From positions 3,630,001-3,662,000 of the forward strand of contig NC_000962.3 in assembly GCF_000195955.2 (NCBI RefSeq): DNA of 32,000 nt. The letters are read 5' to 3'. Of this stretch, positions 8,811 to 16,894 are shown in pieces; position 1 is the first letter of the stretch, and each line of letters begins with the position of its first letter. The position numbers were made by a program, and so were the translations under genes. The DNA is from Mycobacterium tuberculosis H37Rv. Lineage in GTDB: Bacteria > Actinomycetota > Actinomycetes > Mycobacteriales > Mycobacteriaceae. The notes beneath the pieces are model-generated. The model was not told the DNA's origin. It ran no database searches and saw nothing but the letters and a program-made list of their open reading frames with translations.

Positions 8811-9302
8811 CTAGTCGGCGGGGTCGGGCAACACCCGTAGATGTCCGCGCCGGCGCCCGGCCCCAGGCTCGGGCGGCGCAAGCACGCCACCCCCGGTGGG
8901 CGCTCCGGTCGCCGCAGCGGGAAAATCGTCGAAACCATGCAGTGGCGCGCCATTTCCGCCTGGATGATGCCGGCGCCCCGCGCTCGGGCCACCCTCGCGC
9001 ACCGCGTCCGCCAGGGCCACCAGGTCGTCCTCGTCGGGGTGGCTGGGCAGCGGCCCGGCGTGACGCACGAGTTCCCACCCGCGCGGTGCAGTGATGCGAC
9101 CGGCATGGCCGACACACAGATCCCACGAATGGGGCTCCCGCGCAGTGGCAAGCGGACCGATCACCGCCGTCGAGTCCGAGTAGACGAACGTCAACGTCGC
9201 CACTGCATAGTGCGGACACCCGGGCCGGCAGCAGCGACGGGGTACGTTCACGACCGAAAGGCTATCGTGCACCAACGCCGCCGAAGCGCCGGACACGCGC
9301 AT
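8811..9302 (-). CDS. DUF3499-like conserved protein (Rv3258c-like), 163 aa from ATG 9302
   Basis: ORF track 8811..9302. Cys-rich N-terminal segment RRCCRPGCPHYAVATLTFVYSDSTAVIGPL...DLCVGHAGR. An in-frame GTG at 9251, just before VNVPRRCC, is an alternative start giving 146 aa. Confidence 0.8.
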   Translation of the reverse strand: MRVSGASAALVHDSLSVVNVPRRCCRPGCPHYAVATLTFVYSDSTAVIGPLATAREPHSWDLCVGHAGRITAPRGWELVRHAGPLPSHPDEDDLVALADAVREGGPSAGRRHHPGGNGAPLHGFDDFPAAATGAPTGGGVLAPPEPGAGRRRGHLRVLPDPAD

Positions 9303-9424
9303 CCGTCCACGCCGCGATGTTTAACCGTTACCATCGGCGCGTGAGCGATTCCCGCAGCTCCTCGTGGAGCCGTCGGTCGCGGGGCGGGTCGGTAGCGCGG
9401 CGAGCAATCCGGCGGGGCCGCGAG

Positions 9425-9844
9425 ATGCGCGGGCCACTGCTGCCGCCGACAGTCCCGGGGTGGCGCAGCCGGGCCGAGCGGTTCGACATGGCAGTGCTGG
9501 AAGCCTACGAACCCATCGAGCGACGCTGGCAGGAGCGGGTGTCGCAGCTGGACATCGCGGTCGACGAGATCCCGAGGATCGCAGCCAAAGATCCCGAAAG
9601 TGTGCAGTGGCCGCCGGAAGTCATCGCCGACGGACCGATCGCGCTGGCCCGGCTCATCCCGGCCGGCGTGGACGTCCGCGGAAATGCGACGCGCGCGCGA
9701 ATCGTCTTGTTTCGCAAACCAATTGAACGACGGGCCAAGGACACCGAGGAACTTGGTGAATTGCTGCACGAAATCCTGGTGGCCCAGGTGGCCATCTACC
9801 TGGACGTCGACCCATCCGTCATCGACCCGACGATCGACGACTAG
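9425..9844 (+). CDS. Zincin-like 'metallopeptidase family' protein (Rv3259-like). 139 aa from ATG 9425, possibly longer.
   Basis: ORF track 9317..9844. Codons 9341-9424 have high GC3 (about 23/28), so they look coding. GTG 9341 or ATG 9317 are therefore live alternatives. The family assignment is from memory. Confidence 0.75.
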   Translation: MRGPLLPPTVPGWRSRAERFDMAVLEAYEPIERRWQERVSQLDIAVDEIPRIAAKDPESVQWPPEVIADGPIALARLIPAGVDVRGNATRARIVLFRKPIERRAKDTEELGELLHEILVAQVAIYLDVDPSVIDPTIDD

Positions 9845-9849
9845 TTCGC

Positions 9850-9867
9850 GCCGCCGACTCCGGCGGC
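9850..9867. terminator. GC hairpin between convergent Rv3259 and whiB2 (possible bidirectional terminator)
   Basis: GCCGCCG-ACTC-CGGCGGC: a 7-bp perfect stem centred in the 27-bp gap between the two stop codons (9844 and 9872). Confidence 0.35.
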
Positions 9868-9871
9868 CGGG

Positions 9872-10243
9872 TCAGATGATCCCGCGTTTGAGGCGGCGGC
9901 GCTCGCGTTCGGAAAGACCACCCCAGATGCCGAACCGCTCGTCATGAGCCAGGGCGTACTCCAGACACTCGTGCCGCACCTCGCAGCCCATGCAAATCTT
10001 CTTGGCCTCACGCGTGGAGCCGCCCTTCTCCGGGAAGAACGCTTCGGGATCCGTTTGCGCACATAGCGCACGGTCCTGCCATTGGTCGGTGGCTTCCGGC
10101 GGCAGAGGTTCCTCGAATGGCGCCGGCGCCTCGGGAACCAAACTCAGATGCGGTCGCAAAACTGCCGTTGCTGATGCGGTAGCCGATCCGGTAGTGGTAT
10201 GCGGTGTGCCTCCCATTACACCCCGAAGGTGTTCATAGGACAT
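9872..10243 (-). CDS. whiB2: WhiB-family Fe-S transcription factor WhiB2 (123 aa from ATG 10243; 89 aa if TTG 10141 is used)
   Basis: ORF track 9872..10243. Four Cys are present (C..CMGC..C in ALCAQTDPEAFFPEKGG...KKICMGCEVRHECL). The GIWGG turn and a basic tail RRRLKRGII are also present. ATG 10243 is preceded by GAGGAGGCGGAGGC; TTG 10141 has no SD. Confidence 0.9.
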   Translation of the reverse strand: MSYEHLRGVMGGTPHTTTGSATASATAVLRPHLSLVPEAPAPFEEPLPPEATDQWQDRALCAQTDPEAFFPEKGGSTREAKKICMGCEVRHECLEYALAHDERFGIWGGLSERERRRLKRGII

Positions 10244-10382
10244 GCCTCCGCCTCCTCACTCGATAGATAGTGAAATGGTTTCCCACTGTTTTGATGTACA
10301 GTTAACCCAATTCGAACAAGTGATCGAATCTCGGTCTGCGACACCGAAACCGGCCGGCCAACCGCGAAATGACACTGATGTG

Positions 10383-10411
10383 ATTAGACACAAGTTGGGG
10401 ACGCGGGTCAA
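10383..10411 (-). promoter_or_regulatory. Candidate whiB2 promoter (-35 TTGACC, 17 bp, -10 TCTAAT)
   Basis: The minus strand reads TTGACC-CGCGTCCCCAACTTGTG-TCTAAT. It would give a leader of about 130 nt. This is hexamer matching only. Confidence 0.3.
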
Positions 10412-10542
10412 GTGTGCCGGCGCATTTCCATATCATCTCGTAATAAAATTTCCGCGGTTCTGTTGTGGTTGGGTCCCGGCGTGTCGAGCGTGACTCGTAA
10501 CCAACGTTTGGTGATGGGCGCCGGGAGGTACTGTCCTGCGAT

Positions 10543-11538
10543 GTGAAGGTCACCGTTCTGGCCGGTGGAGTCGGCGGCGCCCGCTTCCTGCTCGGGGTCC
10601 AGCAGCTGCTCGGCCTGGGCCAGTTTGCTGCCAATTCTGCCCACTCGGACGCCGACCACCAACTGAGCGCTGTCGTCAACGTCGGCGACGACGCCTGGAT
10701 CCACGGGCTGCGTGTCTGCCCGGATCTGGACACCTGCATGTATACCCTGGGCGGCGGGGTGGACCCCCAGCGCGGCTGGGGCCAGCGTGACGAAACTTGG
10801 CACGCCATGCAGGAACTGGTGCGCTATGGCGTGCAGCCCGACTGGTTCGAGCTCGGGGACCGCGATCTGGCCACCCATCTGGTGCGCACCCAGATGCTGC
10901 AGGCCGGCTACCCCCTGTCACAGATCACCGAGGCCCTATGCGATCGCTGGCAACCGGGCGCCCGCTTGCTGCCTGCCACCGACGACCGTTGCGAAACCCA
11001 TGTAGTGATCACCGACCCGGTCGACGAAAGCCGCAAGGCGATCCATTTTCAGGAGTGGTGGGTGCGCTACCGTGCCCAGGTGCCGACGCACAGCTTTGCT
11101 TTTGTCGGCGCTGAAAAGTCCAGCGCTGCAACCGAAGCGATCGCCGCCCTGGCCGACGCCGACATCATCATGCTGGCGCCGTCTAATCCGGTGGTCAGCA
11201 TCGGCGCCATCCTGGCCGTCCCCGGGATTCGCGCGGCGTTGCGGGAAGCAACCGCACCGATCGTCGGCTACTCGCCGATCATCGGCGAAAAGCCGTTGCG
11301 CGGCATGGCCGATACGTGCCTTTCGGTTATCGGGGTGGATTCCACCGCGGCCGCTGTGGGCCGGCACTACGGCGCGCGGTGCGCCACCGGGATACTGGAC
11401 TGCTGGCTGGTGCACGACGGCGACCACGCTGAGATTGACGGGGTGACGGTGCGGTCGGTGCCGCTGCTGATGACCGACCCGAACGCGACGGCTGAGATGG
11501 TTCGCGCCGGGTGCGACCTTGCGGGAGTGGTAGCTTGA
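10543..11538 (+). CDS. fbiA: 2-phospho-L-lactate transferase (CofD/FbiA), F420 biosynthesis, 331 aa
   Basis: ORF track 10543..11538, GTG start. The N-terminal [16 protein letters not shown] motif is typical of CofD. Confidence 0.93.
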
Positions 11539-12881
11539 CCGGCCCCGAACATGGCTCCGCCTCGACCATCGAGATCCTGCCCGTCATCGGGCTGCCCGAA
11601 TTCCGTCCCGGCGACGATCTGAGCGCCGCCGTCGCCGCGGCGGCACCGTGGCTACGCGACGGTGACGTCGTGGTGGTTACCAGCAAGGTGGTGTCCAAAT
11701 GCGAGGGCCGGCTGGTTCCGGCTCCCGAAGACCCCGAGCAAAGAGACCGATTGCGCCGCAAGCTGATCGAGGATGAGGCAGTGCGCGTGTTGGCGCGCAA
11801 GGACCGCACGTTGATCACCGAGAATCGACTCGGGCTGGTTCAGGCGGCCGCCGGCGTGGACGGATCCAACGTCGGCCGGTCCGAGTTAGCGCTGCTGCCG
11901 GTCGATCCTGACGCCAGTGCCGCAACCTTGCGCGCCGGGCTGCGCGAGCGGCTCGGCGTCACCGTCGCCGTGGTCATCACCGACACCATGGGACGCGCCT
12001 GGCGCAACGGCCAGACCGATGCCGCAGTCGGCGCTGCCGGTCTGGCGGTGCTGCGCAACTATGCCGGTGTCCGCGACCCATACGGCAATGAGTTGGTGGT
12101 CACCGAGGTCGCAGTCGCCGACGAGATCGCCGCGGCCGCCGACTTGGTCAAAGGCAAACTGACCGCGACGCCGGTGGCGGTGGTGCGTGGGTTCGGCGTG
12201 TCCGACGACGGCTCGACAGCCCGGCAACTGCTGCGGCCGGGCGCCAACGACCTGTTCTGGCTCGGGACCGCCGAAGCGCTCGAGCTGGGTCGCCAGCAAG
12301 CCCAACTGTTGCGCAGGTCCGTTCGCCGGTTTAGCACCGATCCGGTGCCGGGCGACCTCGTCGAGGCTGCGGTCGCCGAGGCCCTCACCGCGCCAGCCCC
12401 ACATCACACCCGGCCGACCCGATTCGTGTGGCTGCAGACACCGGCCATCCGCGCGCGGCTGCTAGATCGGATGAAAGACAAGTGGCGGTCTGATCTCACC
12501 AGTGACGGCTTGCCCGCCGACGCGATAGAACGCCGGGTGGCACGCGGCCAGATCCTCTATGACGCACCCGAAGTCGTCATACCGATGCTGGTGCCCGACG
12601 GAGCACACAGCTACCCCGATGCCGCCCGCACCGACGCCGAGCACACCATGTTCACGGTCGCCGTCGGAGCGGCCGTACAAGCCTTGCTGGTCGCGCTGGC
12701 CGTGCGCGGGCTGGGCAGTTGCTGGATCGGCTCGACGATCTTTGCCGCTGACCTGGTCCGCGACGAGCTGGACCTGCCAGTCGACTGGGAGCCGTTGGGC
12801 GCCATCGCGATCGGATATGCCGACGAGCCGTCCGGGTTGCGCGACCCGGTGCCTGCCGCCGATTTGCTGATCCTGAAGTGA
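11535..12881 (+). CDS. fbiB: Bifunctional F420 gamma-glutamyl ligase / dehydro-F420-0 reductase FbiB (448 aa from TTG 11535)
   Basis: ORF track 11511..12881. TTG 11535 overlaps the fbiA TGA (TTGA, 11535-11538). The N-terminal half is CofE-like ([28 protein letters not shown]). The C-terminal half is nitroreductase-fold-like (RRSVRRFS...GSCWIGS). Confidence 0.92.
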
Positions 12882-13176
12882 CATTCGCTCTAGCGACGAT
12901 AGGCTACCCAGACATGGCGGTCCTGCAGCCGATGCCAACCATCAACCTCCCGACGGATCAATTCACCGCGTTCGGTCAAAAGTGGCTCCTCGGCTCGAAA
13001 TTCTCCAAGAAGGACGACAGGACTTAGGCGCCGTGATAGATGCCGCTGTGGGCGGCGCACTGTCGGTGATGCTCGGCAACATCCCATTGGTGGTTCCGAA
13101 CGCCAACCAGCTGTAACCTTCCCAAGCGCCGACGTGTACCGCTGCTATCCGGCCCGATTCCAGGGACAGCCACCCC

Positions 13177-14838
13177 ATGCAACCTAGTCATCCGACGCGC
13201 CCTGGTGCGGTCATCAGATATGTCGGTAGCTCCCTTGATACTTGTCCCATGACGACGTTCGCCGGCAAAACGGCTGCGTCCGCTGACAAGGTGCGCGGGG
13301 GCTACTACACGCCGCCGGCGGTGGCCCGATTCCTTGCCCACTGGGTTCACCAGGCGGGGCCGAAGATCCTCGAACCATCCTGCGGCGATGGCCGAATCCT
13401 GCGCGAACTCTCCGCCATCACAGACCACGCGCACGGTGTGGAACTCGTTGCGCGCGAGGCGAAAAAGTCGCGGGACTTCGCGTCCGTCGACACTGAGAAC
13501 CTTTTTACCTGGCTGCACAAGACCCAACTCGGCAGCTGGGATGGCGTTGCCGGCAACCCGCCCTACATCCGCTTCGGAAACTGGGCATCCGAACAACGGG
13601 ATCCGGCACTCGAATTGATGCGGCGTGTGGGCCTACGACCGACCAAACTGACCAATGCCTGGGTCCCGTTTGTCGTGGCGAGCACGACGCTAGCGCGTGA
13701 CGGCGGCCGAGTGGGCCTGGTGGTCCCGGCGGAATTGCTTCAAGTCACCTACGCGGCGCAGCTACGCGAATTCCTGCTGAGCCGCTATCGGGAGATCACC
13801 CTGGTTACCTTCGAGCGGCTGGTGTTCGACGGAATCCTGCAGGAAGTTGTGCTGTTCTGCGGCGTCGTCGGTCCCGGTCCTGCACACATACGCACCGTCA
13901 GGCTCGGCGATGCGAACGATCTGAACGCGCTGGGGGACAAGGACTTCACCAATGAGTCAGCGCCGGCGCTTCTCCACGAAAAGGAGAAGTGGACCAAGTA
14001 CTTCCTCGACCCCGCTCAAATCCGGCTACTGCGAGGACTCAAACAGTCCGCCACTATGATCAGGCTCGGCGAACTGGCCGACGTGGATGTGGGCATCGTG
14101 ACCGGCCGCAACAGCTTCTTCACGTTCACCGATGCCAAGGCACAAGCGCTGGGATTGCGAGCGCACTGCGTTCCCCTGGTCTCTCGCAGCGCCCAACTCA
14201 GCGGGCTGATCTATGACGAGGATTGCCGGGCATGCGATGTCGCCGGCAACCACCGAACGTGGCTACTCGACGCCGCGGACTATCCAACCGATCCAGCTCT
14301 CGTCGCTCACATCACCGCGGGTGAAGCGGCCGGCGTCCACCTCGGCTACAAGTGCTCGATCCGCAAGCCATGGTGGAGCACACCATCGCTGTGGATGCCC
14401 GACCTCTTTATGCTGCGCCAGATCCACTTCGCCCCGCGGCTGACCGTCAACGCTGCCGCGGCGACCAGCACCGATACCGTGCACCGGGTCCGGCTCGACC
14501 CGAACGTCGATCCGGCAACTCTTGCCGCGGTGTTCCACAACAGCGCGACATTCGCGTTCGCCGAGATCATGGGCCGCAGTTATGGGGGCGGCATCTTGGA
14601 GTTGGAGCCTAGGGAAGCCGAGCAACTACCTATGCCACCGCCGGCGTACGGGAGCGCAGAACTTGCCCAGGATGTTGATCTCCTGCTGAAAGCAAACGAG
14701 ATCGACAAGGCGCTCGACGTCGTGGACCGTCACGTTCTGATCGACGGGCTCGGCTTGTCGCCGCGCCTGGTCGCAGGTTGCCGAGCGGCATGGCTCACGC
14801 TCCGCGACCGCAGGACCAAGCGCGGATCTCGGCGATAA
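13177..14838 (+). CDS. mamA: Solitary Eco57I-type N6-adenine DNA methyltransferase (MamA/Rv3263-like), 553 aa
   Basis: ORF track 13177..14838. Catalytic NPPY motif (GVAGNPPYIRFGNW) and an AdoMet-binding region (ILEPSCGDGRIL) are present. An in-frame ATG at 13249 (MTTFAGKTAAS...) is an alternative start. Confidence 0.9.
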   Translation: MQPSHPTRPGAVIRYVGSSLDTCPMTTFAGKTAASADKVRGGYYTPPAVARFLAHWVHQAGPKILEPSCGDGRILRELSAITDHAHGVELVAREAKKSRDFASVDTENLFTWLHKTQLGSWDGVAGNPPYIRFGNWASEQRDPALELMRRVGLRPTKLTNAWVPFVVASTTLARDGGRVGLVVPAELLQVTYAAQLREFLLSRYREITLVTFERLVFDGILQEVVLFCGVVGPGPAHIRTVRLGDANDLNALGDKDFTNESAPALLHEKEKWTKYFLDPAQIRLLRGLKQSATMIRLGELADVDVGIVTGRNSFFTFTDAKAQALGLRAHCVPLVSRSAQLSGLIYDEDCRACDVAGNHRTWLLDAADYPTDPALVAHITAGEAAGVHLGYKCSIRKPWWSTPSLWMPDLFMLRQIHFAPRLTVNAAAATSTDTVHRVRLDPNVDPATLAAVFHNSATFAFAEIMGRSYGGGILELEPREAEQLPMPPPAYGSAELAQDVDLLLKANEIDKALDVVDRHVLIDGLGLSPRLVAGCRAAWLTLRDRRTKRGSRR

Positions 14839-14897
14839 CCGCGGCGGGTGAGCGCCTCGCGTGCCCGGCCAACGATGTCGATCTCGGCGCAAGAAGC

Positions 14898-15977
14898 TCA
14901 AACGTCGGACGAGTAACGGATCCCGCCGTCGGGAAGAAAGACACCGGGCCATACCCGGGCACCACTTAACAACTCGCAGCGCGCGCCGATGTCGGCCCCG
15001 TCACCGATCACACCGTCGCGGATCAACGCCCGCGGTCCGATGCGAGCACCGAAGCCGATGATCGAACGCTCGATCACGCACCCGGCCTCCACCCGGACAC
15101 CATCGAAGATGACCGCGCCGTCCAATCTGGTGCCGGGGCCGATTTCGGCACCACGCCCCACGACGGTGCCGCCAATCAGCAACGCACCGGGAGATACCGC
15201 CGCACCGTCGTGCACCAACTGCTCACCGCGGTGACCACGCAAGGCCGGAGACGGGGCGATGCCGCGCACCAGATCCGCCGATCCGCGAACGAAGTCTTCC
15301 GGTGTGCCCATGTCCCGCCAATAGCTGGCATCGACATAGCCGTAGATCTTGCAGTCGCCGTCGGCGAGCAAGGCCGGGAACACCTCGCGTTCCACCGAAA
15401 CCTCCCGGCCCTGCGGAATCCGGTCGATGACGTTGCGTTCGAAGACATAGCAGCCGGCATTGATCTGGTCGGTCGGCGGATCCTCCGTCTTCTCCAGAAA
15501 GGCGACTACGCGGTCCTCCTCGTCGGTGGGTACGCAGCCGAATGCCCGCGGGTCGCCCACCCGCACCAGTTGCAGCGTGACATCGGCTCGATTGCTTCGG
15601 TGGAAGTCCAGCAGTTGGGCCAGATCCGCGCCCGAGAGCACATCGCCGTTAAACACCATCGCGGTGTCGTTGCGCAGCTTGCCGGCAACGTTGGCGATGC
15701 CGCCGCCAGTCCCCAAGGGATGCTCCTCGGTCACGTATTCGATCTGTAGGCCCAGTGCGGACCCGTCGCCGAACTCCGCTTCGAAGACTGCGGGTTTGTA
15801 GGACGTACCCAGGATCACGTGCTCGATGCCCGCTGCGGCGATCCGCGACAGCAGATGGGTGAGGAACGGCAGTCCGGCGGTAGGCAGCATTGGCTTGGGC
15901 GCCGACAGCGTCAACGGCCGCAGTCGGGTACCCTTGCCACCGACCAGGACCACCGCATCGACTTGGTGAGTTGCCAA
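14898..15977 (-). CDS. manB: Mannose-1-phosphate guanylyltransferase (GDP-mannose pyrophosphorylase), 359 aa
   Basis: ORF track 14898..15977, TTG start. It has the nucleotidyltransferase loop LVGGKGTRLRPLT and C-terminal hexapeptide-repeat (left-handed beta-helix) sequence. The start lies 1 nt after the wbbL1 stop. Confidence 0.92.
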   Translation of the reverse strand: MATHQVDAVVLVGGKGTRLRPLTLSAPKPMLPTAGLPFLTHLLSRIAAAGIEHVILGTSYKPAVFEAEFGDGSALGLQIEYVTEEHPLGTGGGIANVAGKLRNDTAMVFNGDVLSGADLAQLLDFHRSNRADVTLQLVRVGDPRAFGCVPTDEEDRVVAFLEKTEDPPTDQINAGCYVFERNVIDRIPQGREVSVEREVFPALLADGDCKIYGYVDASYWRDMGTPEDFVRGSADLVRGIAPSPALRGHRGEQLVHDGAAVSPGALLIGGTVVGRGAEIGPGTRLDGAVIFDGVRVEAGCVIERSIIGFGARIGPRALIRDGVIGDGADIGARCELLSGARVWPGVFLPDGGIRYSSDV

Positions 15978-15978
15978 C

Positions 15979-16884
15979 TCAGTGCCGCCCTTCTACCAGC
16001 TTCAGTTTCCGTCTGCGGGACCTGCGCAGTGAACTGCGCACCATGAGGTGGGAACGCAGCGCCAGTGATCCCCGCAGGGTCCAGCGCAGCGGAGCCCGCC
16101 ACCAACCAGAATGTCGGTCGGCTAAGAAGATATAGGTGCTTTTGTGATGGGCGGCCAGATGGCTTGCCGGGTCGCGACCCGTCGAATGCGCCTTGTGGTG
16201 CAGAACCTCGGCTGACGGCACATACACCGACAGCCAACCGGCTTTGCCAAGCCGGTCGCCAAGGTCGACGTCCTCCATGTACATGAAGTAACGTTCGTCG
16301 AATCCGCCGACCTGGCCAAACGCCGACCGGCGCACCAGTAGGCAAGACCCCGACAACCAACCCACCGGCCGTTCACTGGGCTCCAGCCGCTCCTGCCGGT
16401 AGGCCGTCGTCCACGGATTGCGCGGCCAGAACGGCCCGAGCACTGCGTGCATGCCGCCGCGGATCAGGCTGGGCATCTGCCGCGCCGACGGGTACACCGA
16501 CCCGTCGGGGTCCCGAATCAGCGGGCCCAGCGCGCCCGCGCGGGGCCAGCGGGAGGCGGCGTCCAGTAGTGCATCGATACTGCCCGGGCCCCATTGCACG
16601 TCCGGGTTGGCCACGATCACCCAGTCATCGACCCAGGGTTCGCCGGCATCGCCCGCCATTTCACCGAGCTGGGCGATCGTCCGATTCACCGCGGTTCCGT
16701 ACCCGAGGTTGGCCCCTGTGGGCAGCAGCCGCACGTTGGGGTAGCGCTGCACCGCGGCCTGCGGGGTGCCGTCGGTGGAGCCGTTGTCTGCCAACAGCAC
16801 GCTGACCGGCCGCTCGGTGGCCAGCGACAACGACGCCAGGAACCGCTCTAGATGGGGCCCCGGCGAGTAGGTCACCGCTACCAC
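15979..16884 (-). CDS. wbbL1: dTDP-rhamnosyltransferase WbbL1 (GT2), 301 aa from GTG 16884 (307 aa from GTG 16902)
   Basis: ORF track 15979..16902. GT2 signatures are present: VAVTYSPG...LLADNGSTDGT and YMEDVDL. The two GTG starts cannot be told apart from sequence. GTG 16902 overlaps the rmlD stop by 8 nt. Confidence 0.9.
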   Translation of the reverse strand: MVAVTYSPGPHLERFLASLSLATERPVSVLLADNGSTDGTPQAAVQRYPNVRLLPTGANLGYGTAVNRTIAQLGEMAGDAGEPWVDDWVIVANPDVQWGPGSIDALLDAASRWPRAGALGPLIRDPDGSVYPSARQMPSLIRGGMHAVLGPFWPRNPWTTAYRQERLEPSERPVGWLSGSCLLVRRSAFGQVGGFDERYFMYMEDVDLGDRLGKAGWLSVYVPSAEVLHHKAHSTGRDPASHLAAHHKSTYIFLADRHSGWWRAPLRWTLRGSLALRSHLMVRSSLRRSRRRKLKLVEGRH

Positions 16885-16894
16885 CGGCAGGACG

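Noticed and set aside
10379-10392. TGTGATTAGACACA, which resembles a CRP/FNR-type site upstream of whiB2.
   Set aside because: The half-sites are TGTG and CACA separated by 6 nt (14 bp overall). This is 2 bp shorter than the TGTGA-N6-TCACA geometry, and the flanking bases do not match. I kept it only as an unnamed dyad in the intergenic finding.
10242-10493. 83-aa plus-strand ORF in the whiB2-fbiA intergenic region.
   Set aside because: Its ATG and first codons are simply the reverse complement of the whiB2 ribosome-binding site. It lies in 53% GC DNA with poor codon bias and has no SD of its own.
12914-13027. 37-codon plus-strand ORF (MAVLQPMPTINLPTDQFTAFGQKWLLGSKFSKKDDRT) between fbiB and mamA.
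   Set aside because: It has no SD, atypical codon usage for this genome, and no motif I recognise. There is too little evidence to call a gene.
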